In this document: in pieces, positions 19,679 through 29,345 of the stretch
Layout: every line of letters starts with the position of its first letter
Numbering within the stretch: position 1 is the stretch's first letter
Virus record (IMG/VR): IMGVR_UViG_2816332632_000001
Location: 11,200 to 75,199 of that record
DNA: 64,000 nt
DNA from: a virus
Taxonomy: Duplodnaviria; Caudoviricetes
Direction: 5' to 3' (one strand)
Translations under genes and position numbers: made by a program
The notes under the pieces: generated by a model
Told to the model about the DNA's origin: nothing
Databases searched by the model: none
The model's input: the letters and a program-made list of their open reading frames with translations, nothing else

Positions 19679-19941
19679 GGCTCCTCCCCCTCTTCCCAGG
19701 CAATCGTCCGCTGGGCTGTCTTCCAGTTGCCGTACTCGCTCTTGACGTAGGTGATGTGCGCAGTACAGAGCAACACCCACTCGCCGTCACGCATCTCGTA
19801 GAGCGCGCCCTCGCGGCCGACGGCCTTGATCGCGGAGAGCCCGAGCCCGCGCGTTGCGTGCAGCTTCTCGCGTTGATTCCGGGCTGGGATCACTGTGAGG
19901 AACGTTTGCGGCTTTGCTCGCCGTGGTGTGAGGTCGGTCAT
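19675..19941 (-). CDS. Hypothetical protein
   Basis: Coupled overlaps on both sides. Confidence 0.6.
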   Translation of the reverse strand: MTDLTPRRAKPQTFLTVIPARNQREKLHATRGLGLSAIKAVGREGALYEMRDGEWVLLCTAHITYVKSEYGNWKTAQRTIAWEEGEEP

Positions 19942-21290
19942 GCTGCCAGCCCCATCTCCGACCGCTTCGCGCTAACCGCCACCTCGACGAGGGGGCTGAG
20001 GATGGCCTCACCCAGGAGCGGCGGGACCGCGTTGCCGATCTGGAGGAAGCGCTTGCCCTTCGCGCCCTGGAACGGGAAGCCGTCGGGGTACGACTGGAGC
20101 GCCGCTGCCTGGTTGTCCTCGAGCTTCATTGAGCCGGGTCGGTTCTGGCGCGAGACTCCGCCCTTCACGAACTCCGAGCGCCCTGGCCCGCCGAGTCTGG
20201 GGTCGGCCACAATCGTGGTCGCGGGTCGCTCGTAGGGCCACGACTCCGCAGAACCGGCAACCCGGAAGCCGCCTGGTGTCGTGCCGGACGCGCTGCCGGT
20301 CACGGTGAGGGCAGGGTGCTCGACCGGGCGAGCGGGCCGCTCACCGTGCCGCTCCAGCATCCCAGCGCCGCGGTGGCGCTCCTGGGTTAGGCCACTCGGG
20401 TACGACTGGAGCACTGCCGCATCCTGGTCAGTGAGGCGCAGGATTCCACCGTCGTTGTCGGCGTCACCGGAAGGCTCCCACGCTCCTCGCTCTCGCTCGC
20501 CGTAAACGGTTCGACGCGCACCCGATCCCCCGAGCGCCGCCGGATCGGTCCCGCCCTGCTCTGTGCCGGTGGCGACAGTGGGGTACGGCCGCTCGGTCAT
20601 GCCCCAGCCGAGTGCCTCTGCCATCGAGACCCACTTCTCCACGCCGTCGTCGAGCTTCTCGGGGCTGCGCGAGTAATAGCGCGAGTGGGTCGGTGTCGGC
20701 ATCTTGGCTTCGACGCCGTCACGGCGTGCGATGAGGATGGCGCGCTTCCGAGTCTGAGGGACGCCATACTGCTCAGCGTTCAGGACGCCAGTCACTACCG
20801 AGTAGCCGATCGCACGCAGGACTTCCGCGCACGCCTCCCAGACGGGGAGCACGGTCGGCACCTGTTCCAGCACGACAAGCATCGGCCGGTCGCGGTAGGC
20901 GTAGGTGAGCGGGGTGAGAACGAGCGCGGTGCGATCGTCCAGCCCCTCCGTCGCCGCACGCAGCGTCTCCGGGGTTTTGTACGCCCCGAACCGGATCGCT
21001 CCGAGCACATCGTCGAGCGCCTTTCGGCCGGCACCCTTCCCCGCAACGGAGAATGTCTGGCATGGCGGGCTCGCGATGAGGAGTTGGTAGGTGTTGAGGA
21101 TGTCGCGGACGTTACCCACCACTTTCCCTTCATCCAGCCCCTCCCAGACGTCACGGTAGAGGGTGGTCATCCCAGCGGCGTCGCGGGTCGCAACGGCCTC
21201 GTCCATGAGCTCGACGCCATGCTCTTCGATCCCGAGGCGCTGGCAGGCGACACCCCAGCCGGTGCCCGCGAACAGGTCGAGCGCGATCAT
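19938..21290 (-). CDS. DNA (cytosine-5) methyltransferase
   Basis: DLFAGTG, SPPCQTFS, EQV, YGVPQTRKR, QIGNAVPP. Confidence 0.93.
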   Translation of the reverse strand: MIALDLFAGTGWGVACQRLGIEEHGVELMDEAVATRDAAGMTTLYRDVWEGLDEGKVVGNVRDILNTYQLLIASPPCQTFSVAGKGAGRKALDDVLGAIRFGAYKTPETLRAATEGLDDRTALVLTPLTYAYRDRPMLVVLEQVPTVLPVWEACAEVLRAIGYSVVTGVLNAEQYGVPQTRKRAILIARRDGVEAKMPTPTHSRYYSRSPEKLDDGVEKWVSMAEALGWGMTERPYPTVATGTEQGGTDPAALGGSGARRTVYGERERGAWEPSGDADNDGGILRLTDQDAAVLQSYPSGLTQERHRGAGMLERHGERPARPVEHPALTVTGSASGTTPGGFRVAGSAESWPYERPATTIVADPRLGGPGRSEFVKGGVSRQNRPGSMKLEDNQAAALQSYPDGFPFQGAKGKRFLQIGNAVPPLLGEAILSPLVEVAVSAKRSEMGLAA

Positions 21291-21622
21291 GCCTCCACCA
21301 GCGCAATCCCGTAGTTCGCGCCGCGTTTGACGACCCACCACTCGCCGTGCACGACCGCTCCCTGGTCGGAGTCGATTCGGCCGTTGGTGAGCAGGGTGTC
21401 CATGTCCTTCATGAACATCGGGTAGGTGTTGCCGTCGATGTCCTCCCAGATCACTCGCACGGCGCTGCGCCCGCGCTGCCAGGTCTTGTAGAACAGCGAG
21501 GCCGGGAAGGGGTCGTTGGGCCGCCACTCGCCATTGTCGATGGCGCCCGGGAATGTGCGGTAGACGAATTCCTGGAGGTTGCCATTGCGGTACGGCGCGT
21601 GCGTCAGGCTGTTCTTCGTCAT
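21287..21622 (-). CDS. Hypothetical protein
   Basis: ATGA overlap; VVKRGANYGI. Confidence 0.6.
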   Translation of the reverse strand: MTKNSLTHAPYRNGNLQEFVYRTFPGAIDNGEWRPNDPFPASLFYKTWQRGRSAVRVIWEDIDGNTYPMFMKDMDTLLTNGRIDSDQGAVVHGEWWVVKRGANYGIALVEA

Positions 21623-22083
21623 GCCGCGACCGCCTTCGCTGCTGCGCGCGCTCGTCGCGCTTCGAGCCACTGGATGGCGTTGCAGTCGCCGCCGGGGATC
21701 TCGATGCGTTCGAGGACCGTGCGCGCGCCCGCAGCTTCGAGGCCGGCGGCCAGCTTCGCGGCGAAACGGCGCCATTCGTCGGCGTCCGCGGCCTCGGTTC
21801 TGTTGAGATCCTTGATGGCCCGATTCACCTCGCTCTTGCGGCGGTTCACCAGGGCGAGGAGCGTTTTGGCGCGGCGCTTCCACTCCGGCTCACCATCCTC
21901 GGCGTGCTCGATAAGCTGCGCCTGCAACGAGCCGATGATGCCCGCAAGCACCTCGTGCGTCCGGTCGATGAGCTCCGGCTCCATCAGGTCTGCCCACTCA
22001 TCGCGCCGCAGACGCCATTTCACCTCCCCCTCGAAAACGTGGTCGTTCGCCTTGACGAGATCTCCGATAGTCAGTGTGCTCAT
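21619..22083 (-). CDS. Hypothetical coiled-coil protein
   Basis: ATGA overlap. Confidence 0.6.
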   Translation of the reverse strand: MSTLTIGDLVKANDHVFEGEVKWRLRRDEWADLMEPELIDRTHEVLAGIIGSLQAQLIEHAEDGEPEWKRRAKTLLALVNRRKSEVNRAIKDLNRTEAADADEWRRFAAKLAAGLEAAGARTVLERIEIPGGDCNAIQWLEARRARAAAKAVAA

Positions 22084-22937
22084 CCTGTCCATTCCCCTTC
22101 CTGTAGTAGGTCCGCGGCGGTCGCCTCGGCCTGTTTCTGTTTCTTGCTCGCCGCCCGCTCCTTCGGGACGTACCCGGGGACGAGCATCTTCATCCACTCC
22201 TCGAGCCAGGCGGTGAGATCCGCCGCTTTCTCAGAGGTGACGATCTTGTGGAGCGCGGTGTCGCCGTCGTTGTATTCGATGGAGAGGCGCGTGGTCTTCT
22301 CGGCGCGCACCTCGTCGTTCCACCCCATTGACTCGCCATAGCGCTTGTCGATCTTGTAGTGGTAGTGCATCTCGCGTGGCAACCCGACGGGGTCCACGAT
22401 CAGCGCGTAGACGAACTTGGCTCCCGGCGCACCCTTGGCCGTGACAGTCTGAATCCATTCGGCGTAGAAGCCCAGACGGCCGCCGGGGTGCTTCGCGAGC
22501 ATGGCAAGGTGGTCGACGTCGTGTGCGGGCGTTTTCAGGTCGCCAGCAGATGCGCCAGTAGCCTTGCTGTCGCCCGCGTAGTAGTCGTCGGGGTGGTGGA
22601 CGGTGAACTCGCGGACGGTGCGGTCCCATGCGAGCGCGTCGACCGATTTGAGAATCCCCGCGGGCGACGTTGGGATAGCCTCGGCGTCGCGCGAGGACGT
22701 CACGTATGGCGTCACGGTGGCGGCTCCCGCCTTGCGGGCGCGGTCGCGGCTCTTGACGTCGGCGAAGAACTCCCTCCACGTTCCGCCGCCGATCGGCTGT
22801 GTCGGAAACCGGACCGAGGTGCGTTCAGTGGATCGCGCCTCGGAGACGACTGCTTCTTCTGCGTCGGGATCTTCGCTGGCTTCACCCCAGTCGAGGTCTG
22901 CCTCCTCTTCGGAGGCGTCTACGAATCCGACCGTCAT
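22080..22937 (-). CDS. Hypothetical protein
   Basis: 285-aa ORF in coupled operon. Confidence 0.65.
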   Translation of the reverse strand: MTVGFVDASEEEADLDWGEASEDPDAEEAVVSEARSTERTSVRFPTQPIGGGTWREFFADVKSRDRARKAGAATVTPYVTSSRDAEAIPTSPAGILKSVDALAWDRTVREFTVHHPDDYYAGDSKATGASAGDLKTPAHDVDHLAMLAKHPGGRLGFYAEWIQTVTAKGAPGAKFVYALIVDPVGLPREMHYHYKIDKRYGESMGWNDEVRAEKTTRLSIEYNDGDTALHKIVTSEKAADLTAWLEEWMKMLVPGYVPKERAASKKQKQAEATAADLLQEGEWTG

Positions 22938-23305
22938 TTCCAGCCTCGCGGGTCAAAATGCGGCGCAGCCTCTTCATAGAGCAGTGTCACGCCAGGCCCC
23001 AGGAACACGTTGAGGAAGTCCGTCGGAGTGAAGAGGCCCGTGGTGTCGCCTGCGGGCTGGGTGAGGATCTGGCGGACCTTGTCGCGGATCTGCCGCTCGT
23101 CGTTGACGTCCTGGACGTAGGCGACATCGACGGCGAATGGCGGCACAGCTCCCATACCCAGCACTCGTCCGGGCTCTCCAGGGTTGGCGGGGACCGGCTG
23201 CACGGCGAAGGGGACTTTCAGGCTCATGTACGCGAGGCGAATGCGCTCGAGCTGCTCGGGAGGGAGCGGCCACGGGTGGATCGCAAGCGCGAACGGCTCA
23301 GCCAT
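22934..23305 (-). CDS. Hypothetical protein
   Basis: Coupled operon, MAEPFALAIHPW. Confidence 0.6.
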   Translation of the reverse strand: MAEPFALAIHPWPLPPEQLERIRLAYMSLKVPFAVQPVPANPGEPGRVLGMGAVPPFAVDVAYVQDVNDERQIRDKVRQILTQPAGDTTGLFTPTDFLNVFLGPGVTLLYEEAAPHFDPRGWK

Positions 23306-23678
23306 TGGTGCGCTCCGCCATCCGGGCGAGCGTGCGCTGCGGGATGCCAGCGAGCTTGGCGAGGAAGTTGACGGAGACGCCTGCGGCGATTGCCACGCGC
23401 ACCTTGTCGTTGTCGACCTCGCCGCGGATGCGCATGAGGAGGACGTCGATGGTGGGCTGGAGGGCTTCGGGCTCGAGTCGACCGCCCGTTCTCTCGGTCT
23501 TCGGCACAAGCCCGTTCACCGTGGCCGGTGCGAGACCGACGAACTTGGCGATGTGCCGGTTGGAGTAGATGCCCCACTCCGCGAGCGAAACGGCCGCGTC
23601 GGCCTTCTGCTGGCGGTCGAGTCCTCCGCGGCGCGAGTGAACGTCGCGCGCTTCCTTGAGTGCTGCGAGGGTGGTCAT
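23298..23678 (-). CDS. HTH DNA-binding protein (two HTH-like segments)
   Basis: SNRHIAKFVGLAPATV and SVNFLAKLAGIPQRTL. Confidence 0.7.
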   Translation of the reverse strand: MTTLAALKEARDVHSRRGGLDRQQKADAAVSLAEWGIYSNRHIAKFVGLAPATVNGLVPKTERTGGRLEPEALQPTIDVLLMRIRGEVDNDKVRVAIAAGVSVNFLAKLAGIPQRTLARMAERTNG

Positions 23679-26212
23679 GCCGCCTCCTTGATTTCGAGCC
23701 AGGTCTCGCCTGACGTTTGGTCTCTGGTCTTGCCGATGCGCCCTTCGGCGACAAGCTGGGTGATGTATCTGTCTGCGGTGAAGACGTCGTTGACGCGGCC
23801 GTAGACCGCCGACTGTTTGACCTTGCGGCCCGGTCTCGACGCGATGTACTGCTCGACCTTGTCGACCTCGCGCCGGTAGCCGGACTGGGTGGTCTTCTTC
23901 ACCATGAAGAGGAGGTTGCCGAGCCATTCCTCCGCCTGTTCCAGGGCAATGAGGTAGTCGAGTCTGGTGATCTCCGTGCGGCCGAGGGAGCAGGCCACCA
24001 GTGCTGCGCACTTCATGACGGTCCAGGTGAAACGCTCGAGCGACGGCTTGATGAGGTCACGGCTGGGGTGGCCTTCGATCAGCTTCTCGAAGTGCTCGTA
24101 GAACTCCAGGTCGCGGTCGATCACCTCGTCGGGCACGAACATCGCGGACGGCTCGCCCGGCTTCGAGATGAGGCGCACGTTGTTGGCGAACTCGGCCGCC
24201 CAATGCTTCTGCATGTGCTTGAAGTCGACGGTGCGTGCGTCGTCGGGCTTGGCGAACCGCTTGCGCTTCATGTCGCGGGTGCGCTCGACGGTGTCGCCGA
24301 CCGCCCACACGAAACGGTGCAGGAAGCCGGAGTCCCAGTCTTCGGGCTCCAGTGCGGCATACAGCTTCTCGTCGATGCCCGCGTACTGCATCACCAGGAA
24401 GGCTTTCGCGTTCTGGCCGGAGATGTCCTTCTTGCCGTTGCGGAGGATCATCGGCACGCGGCCGCCGTAGATGTCGGTGAGCTTCTCGCGGAGGTTCTTG
24501 AGGTAGCCGTTGTTACCCGGCCGGGACGCCGCGATGTGGCCGTGTGCCTCGTCCGAGTTGAACCAGGAGGCCATGCCGTCGCGCTCGATCAACTTCTCGA
24601 TGAGTGCTTCGGGCGTTGCGTCGCCACCGATGTCCGGGTGATTCTCGGCCGTGTAGTAGGCGTCGAGCACGGTGCGCTGCACGTCCATCGACTCCGACTT
24701 ACCGGTCGTCGACTTTCCGCTCGTCATGCCCCAGATGTTGAGCGGCACGACGAGCCCGCCCTCCTTCATGAGGTAGGCGTGCGGCGAGTAGATGAGGGAG
24801 AGGATCAGGAATCGGTTGAGCCGGTGGTACGGAGGGTTGACGGTCGGGAGTGTCTCGTTGACGAAGTTCATGTACTCGGTGCCGAACCACTGCACGCCCG
24901 CGATCTCTTCACGCTCCGCCGGGCTGAGCAACTCTTCCGGGGTGCGCTCGTCAGTCTGCGGCACGAGCGGCGCGCGCTCCTCGGCGGGCGGCGGTGCCAC
25001 CTGAGTGCCCGTCTCGCGCTGGATGACGTCGGCGGCCGTGGCAACCTCACGCCACAGCTTTGCGAGGCCGAGCGAGTCGATCTGGAGGTACTGGGACGCC
25101 CTGGTGCCCCAGGCGAGCGACACTGCCTGCTCCTCAGTGAACCCGAGACGCATCGACTCGACGAGGATGAGGTGGCGAAGCTGCCAGTAGCCCTTGTCGG
25201 TCTTGTGGTCCGGCTCGGCGGTCAGGAGCTCCATCCAGGATTCGCCGCGCGTGGTGAACTCGGGCAGCATGTTTGCCACGCCGAGGAATGGGAGCGGGTT
25301 CGGGATGTTCGCTCCGGGCGGGTCGGCAAGCTGGCCGGCGGTGGAGTGTCGGGCGGACGTCCACTGCTCCATGATCTTGTCCTGGCCCCACGCCGGGTAC
25401 GTCGGCGTGTGCGACATGAGGATCTCGAGCGCCTGCTCTTCGGTGACCGCGTAGTCGTTGGAGTTGACCATCCGCGACAGCCAGCACGCAGAGCCGAACA
25501 CGACGTCGTGCCATCCGGCACCCTCGTGCCACACCGTCGGCAGCGCCGAGAGGTCGCGGATGATGGCGTTGACCTGTCGCTGCTCGTCGTCGGAGGCGTA
25601 CTCGACCTTCGTGGCGGAGTGCTGCTCGTAGCTGTACGTCGGGCGCTCGACGGTGAGGTAGTCGATCCACGCATCCGGCAGTCGCTCGAAGTCTTCGAGG
25701 CGCGGCGGTCCGGCCATCGGCTCGCCCTCGTAGTCATACCACTGGTACGTCTCGCCCGTCTCGGGGTGGCGTGAGGGGAACACGAGCGAGTAGCGATGGT
25801 GTCGCTGCACGATCTCGATGTCCTTTGCGGGCTTCTGCTCGAACTCGACGCCGTCGGGCACCAGGAAGAAGTGCTGGCGGCTGGGGTGGCCTTGGCCGCG
25901 GGAGGTGCTCGAGATCGTCGCCGGGAGGGAGCCGAGTCTCCTTTCGAGCTCGGCGAGCTGCTCGGCACCCTTCTTCTCGCCGTACTCGTCGACGTCGACG
26001 CCGATGAAGCCCTCCGCGCGCAGGGCGACGTTCTGCCTGCCCCACGACGGGTCGGCTATCCATTCGGCGACCTTCTCGTCGGTGACGGTTCCCTCGCGGC
26101 CGGTGGCGTCTGCTGGGACCGGTCGCTTCCCCTTCACGGGGATTGGTGCGAAGCCGAGCGATCGGTACGTCTGCGCCGAGGTGCTGTAGTCGACGGGGGT
26201 TGAGGCGTCTAT
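23675..26212 (-). CDS. Bifunctional primase-polymerase with C-terminal helicase-like domain
   Basis: NVALR..GFIGVDVDEYGEKKG, HFF, DIE Prim-Pol motifs; GKSTTGKS P-loop; probable ATA start at 26212. Confidence 0.9.
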   Translation of the reverse strand: MDASTPVDYSTSAQTYRSLGFAPIPVKGKRPVPADATGREGTVTDEKVAEWIADPSWGRQNVALRAEGFIGVDVDEYGEKKGAEQLAELERRLGSLPATISSTSRGQGHPSRQHFFLVPDGVEFEQKPAKDIEIVQRHHRYSLVFPSRHPETGETYQWYDYEGEPMAGPPRLEDFERLPDAWIDYLTVERPTYSYEQHSATKVEYASDDEQRQVNAIIRDLSALPTVWHEGAGWHDVVFGSACWLSRMVNSNDYAVTEEQALEILMSHTPTYPAWGQDKIMEQWTSARHSTAGQLADPPGANIPNPLPFLGVANMLPEFTTRGESWMELLTAEPDHKTDKGYWQLRHLILVESMRLGFTEEQAVSLAWGTRASQYLQIDSLGLAKLWREVATAADVIQRETGTQVAPPPAEERAPLVPQTDERTPEELLSPAEREEIAGVQWFGTEYMNFVNETLPTVNPPYHRLNRFLILSLIYSPHAYLMKEGGLVVPLNIWGMTSGKSTTGKSESMDVQRTVLDAYYTAENHPDIGGDATPEALIEKLIERDGMASWFNSDEAHGHIAASRPGNNGYLKNLREKLTDIYGGRVPMILRNGKKDISGQNAKAFLVMQYAGIDEKLYAALEPEDWDSGFLHRFVWAVGDTVERTRDMKRKRFAKPDDARTVDFKHMQKHWAAEFANNVRLISKPGEPSAMFVPDEVIDRDLEFYEHFEKLIEGHPSRDLIKPSLERFTWTVMKCAALVACSLGRTEITRLDYLIALEQAEEWLGNLLFMVKKTTQSGYRREVDKVEQYIASRPGRKVKQSAVYGRVNDVFTADRYITQLVAEGRIGKTRDQTSGETWLEIKEAA

Positions 26213-26252
26213 TGGTCTTGCTCCCGTCTGCTTGGTGATTTGCTGTCTAAAT

Positions 26253-26339
26253 TGGTGGAACGGGGAGGATTCGAACCTCCGGCCTGGGATACCTGTTTTG
26301 CGTCGCGCGACCCCTGCTCTGCCACTGAGCTACCGTCCC
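26253..26339 (-). tRNA. tRNA-like RNA with expanded 19-nt anticodon loop (no assignable anticodon)
   Basis: Acceptor GGGACGG/CCGTTCC-A-CCA, D arm GCTC/GAGC, T arm GGAGG-TTCGAAT-CCTCC. Confidence 0.75.
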
Positions 26340-26396
26340 TCGGCCCGTTTCGGTCACATCGTGGATGCGACCAGGAGGGCTAGACCCGTGGCCTGG

Positions 26397-27242
26397 CTAG
26401 TAGCCGGACGCCTGTGCTGCTGCGGCCGCCAGCGCGTCGGCGGGGGCCGCCGGTGCTGCGGCCTGCTGCGCGTAGGCGGCGTCGGCGGGTGCCGGCGTCC
26501 ATGTGGGCGGTCCGGCGGGTGCCTGCGGTGCCTGCTGCGGGGCGGCGGGCGGCTGGGCGTACGCCGGTGCCTGCGGTGCGGGGGGTGCGGCCTGGGCGGG
26601 TGCTCCACCGCCCCATGCGGGCGGCGCGGACGGTGCCGCGGGAGCCGGGGCGGCGGCGCGAGCGCCAGCAGCCTTCGGGACGTACCCGGCGACGAGGTTG
26701 CCGTGGTCGTCCAGCCACGGGACGCGCACGGGCGTCTGCGGCGTGGCGTTGATGTCGCCCGGCGCGTCGAAGAAGTCGACCTCGTTGTAGCCGAGGGGGT
26801 TGAAGGCGTCCGGCTCCTTCGGTGCGCCGAGCTTGATGGTCAGCGGCTTGCCGCCGATGTCGGACGGGCCGGGAAGCTGGCCGGTGATGAGGAGGTCGCG
26901 GGACCAGCCCATCGCCTTCTCCCAGAAGTCCCAGAATCCGCGGGCCGGTGCGCCCTGGGGGTTCTTCTCGGTGGGAGCGAACCTCGTGAAGAGCGGGACG
27001 CGGACGAAGAACGACCTCTTGCGGCCGGTGGGCGACTCGTCGACGATCTGCACCTGAATGCGGACCACCTGCTTGTTCGCGTTGCCGCCACTGCCACCGA
27101 ACTTCTCGGTGCCGACGACCTTGGCGACGTACGCCTGGTACGCGCCAGCCGGGAGCGGGGGGAACCCTCCACTACCGCCCTTGGCCGCCTCTTCGGCAGC
27201 CTCGGCAGCGCGAGGGTCAATCTCTGCTACGAATCCAGTCAA
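26397..27242 (-). CDS. Putative ssDNA-binding protein (DUF669-like) with Pro/Ala-rich tail
   Basis: GFPPLPAGAYQAYVAKV motif; follows AAA ATPase. Confidence 0.7.
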   Translation of the reverse strand: MTGFVAEIDPRAAEAAEEAAKGGSGGFPPLPAGAYQAYVAKVVGTEKFGGSGGNANKQVVRIQVQIVDESPTGRKRSFFVRVPLFTRFAPTEKNPQGAPARGFWDFWEKAMGWSRDLLITGQLPGPSDIGGKPLTIKLGAPKEPDAFNPLGYNEVDFFDAPGDINATPQTPVRVPWLDDHGNLVAGYVPKAAGARAAAPAPAAPSAPPAWGGGAPAQAAPPAPQAPAYAQPPAAPQQAPQAPAGPPTWTPAPADAAYAQQAAAPAAPADALAAAAAQASGY

Positions 27243-27259
27243 TGGTGTTCCTCCTTTGG

Positions 27260-28201
27260 TTAGGCCGCGACCGCGGCCGGGTTGGTGGTGGTGGGTGCGG
27301 TTGCCTCGGGGCGAACGCCGAGGGTCATGCGGGTCTGCGGAAGCGGCTTGCGCGCGACCTTGGCGTCGATGATGTCCCAGAGCTCGAGCAGGTCGAAGTT
27401 GTAGAGCTTCGACGGCAGGAGGTAGCGGTTCTTCGACGCGAACGACTCGGACTCGCCGACGGTGGCGACGAGTTCGGTCTCATTGGTCGCCGGGTTCTTC
27501 TCGTAGTCGAGGTAGGCGACGATGGTGGGGATGGTGGCGAACGATTCCTTGAAGCCGCCCTGGAGCGCCGGCATCGTCTTCACTCCGCCGGTCTTCTCCT
27601 CGACCTCCTTCGGGTGGGCGACGAACCCTCCGGTGAACCGCGGGGAGTTGTGCATGAGGCGGATCATCTCGTCGCTCCAGCGCGAGATCTCCCCCCACGC
27701 ACCGCGGGTGTCGAGGACGCCCTTGTCGCTGTACGTCGTGGCCAGGAAGTGCTTGGCCGCGACCGACTGGATGAGGTTGACCGTGTCGAGCACGACGAGG
27801 TCGTAGCCGAAGTCGGGGATGTTCGGGTTGGGCTCGATGTGGCCGTACGGGGTGCGCCAGCATCCGGCGAGCTCGAGGATGGTTGCCTCGACCTCGGCGA
27901 CGATCGACGATGGCGACGAGGTGGTGGTGTCGATGGGGAAGATTTCGATTCGCCCCTCCTCGACGGCGCGCATCGTGTTGTCGTCGTTCGCGAAGACCTC
28001 GGTGCCGTTGTCGGCGTCCAGGAACAGGGACTTGCGGAAGCGGGGCGTGGCGGCGAGTTTGCCGAATGCGGAGCTCTTGCGGGTGTCGGTCGGGCCGTAG
28101 AGCGCGATGCTCTTGGGCGGACCGACGTGCTCGGCCTTCGTGAACTTGCCTGCGAAGCTCGGTGCTGGCGGGGCCGGAATGGCGGGTGTGGTTGTGGTCA
28201 T
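27260..28201 (-). CDS. AAA_24 / Sak4-like ATPase
   Basis: LYGPTDTRKS Walker A variant, LDADNG, VVLDT, VAH. Confidence 0.85.
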   Translation of the reverse strand: MTTTTPAIPAPPAPSFAGKFTKAEHVGPPKSIALYGPTDTRKSSAFGKLAATPRFRKSLFLDADNGTEVFANDDNTMRAVEEGRIEIFPIDTTTSSPSSIVAEVEATILELAGCWRTPYGHIEPNPNIPDFGYDLVVLDTVNLIQSVAAKHFLATTYSDKGVLDTRGAWGEISRWSDEMIRLMHNSPRFTGGFVAHPKEVEEKTGGVKTMPALQGGFKESFATIPTIVAYLDYEKNPATNETELVATVGESESFASKNRYLLPSKLYNFDLLELWDIIDAKVARKPLPQTRMTLGVRPEATAPTTTNPAAVAA

Positions 28202-28245
28202 GTGTGTTTCCTCCTCGGATCAGTTTAGCGGACTAATTGGCACAT

Positions 28246-29187
28246 TTAAGCAGCTAAATCGAAGCTGACCTCAATGTCGATGTCGGGGACGGGCGCGACG
28301 GCGGGTGAGATCTCGCCCTTGCCGTCCTGTTCGCAGGCGAAGCAGAGTGCGTGCGACTCGAAGTCAGTCGGCTTGCCGCCGGCCTCGAGGTGACTGAAAA
28401 TGCGCTGCCCGCGGTCGATGAGCCACTCGGCGTAAGCCTGGTCGTAGTCGAACGACATCACGTGGATGTCGTGCACGGCCGTCGGGTCGTCGTATCGCTG
28501 GCCAGCCGGGTTGTCGAACCACCCGGTTCCGTCACGGGCGATGAAGACGAGCGAGGCGCGCTTGCGGCCCGAGCCGTGCATGTAGAGGTTCTGCTGGCCG
28601 TAGTAGCCGGTGACCTTGTAGGCCATCTTCTCCATCTCGGTGGCGTACTCCTTATCGGAGAGCTTCACCCAAGTGCGGCGGCGGCCGAAGGTCGGCTCGA
28701 GACCCTGCTGGATCTGCATGTAGTCGATGAGAATGCAGATCTTCTTGCGGGTCGAGCCCTTCCAGTCGACAAGCTGGAGCGCGGACAGCAGGAGGTCGAT
28801 CGTCCCGCCGACCGGGCCGTAGCCAGCGATGTCGGCGAAGTAGGTGTGGACCTCCGGCTTGGCGTCGGGGTTGAGGCCGATGAGCGCGGCCATCTGCCTG
28901 CGCATCTCTGCGGTCCCGGCTTCGTTGAGGTCGTCGTTGTCGACGAGCTCGTTGACCCTCTGTTCGAGGATCGAGTGGAATGCTGTTCCGAGCACTCGCC
29001 CCATCCAGGCGCGGTCCGTGATCGGAGTGGACCGGTCGTCGCCTAGGAAGTTGAAAGCGAGGCAGCGGTCGCAACCGTTCGACAGGTTCGACGCGCCGAT
29101 CCTGACCTGCTTGTCGCGGCTGGTGGGCGCCTTGAGGAGGCTGATCGCCAGGTGGCGGATCTCCTCGTCCGTGTAGATGTCGGTCAC
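28246..29187 (-). CDS. Cas4-like PD-(D/E)XK exonuclease
   Basis: GASNL..CDRC, GTAFH, GTIDL..LVDWK, QQNLY, CFAC. Confidence 0.85.
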   Translation of the reverse strand: MTDIYTDEEIRHLAISLLKAPTSRDKQVRIGASNLSNGCDRCLAFNFLGDDRSTPITDRAWMGRVLGTAFHSILEQRVNELVDNDDLNEAGTAEMRRQMAALIGLNPDAKPEVHTYFADIAGYGPVGGTIDLLLSALQLVDWKGSTRKKICILIDYMQIQQGLEPTFGRRRTWVKLSDKEYATEMEKMAYKVTGYYGQQNLYMHGSGRKRASLVFIARDGTGWFDNPAGQRYDDPTAVHDIHVMSFDYDQAYAEWLIDRGQRIFSHLEAGGKPTDFESHALCFACEQDGKGEISPAVAPVPDIDIEVSFDLAA

Positions 29188-29345
29188 GACGTCTCTCCCT
29201 TCATGTCGATGGTGGAACCGGTCAGCGGTGCGGGGCGCGGCCCGCTGACCGGTCTTCTTTTCTGGTGCCTTGACTTGTTCACGATCTCTCCCTCCTGGTT
29301 GGTACAAGAAGATTTAATCGCAAATTAGCCACCTAAGTCAAGGGA

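Noticed and set aside
26400-26680. GC-rich repetitive tract
   Set aside because: Encodes the Pro/Ala/Gln low-complexity tail of the SSB-like protein
28246-29187. Cas4-like gene as evidence of CRISPR-Cas
   Set aside because: No repeat-spacer array or other cas genes; it sits in the usual nuclease-ATPase-SSB recombination module
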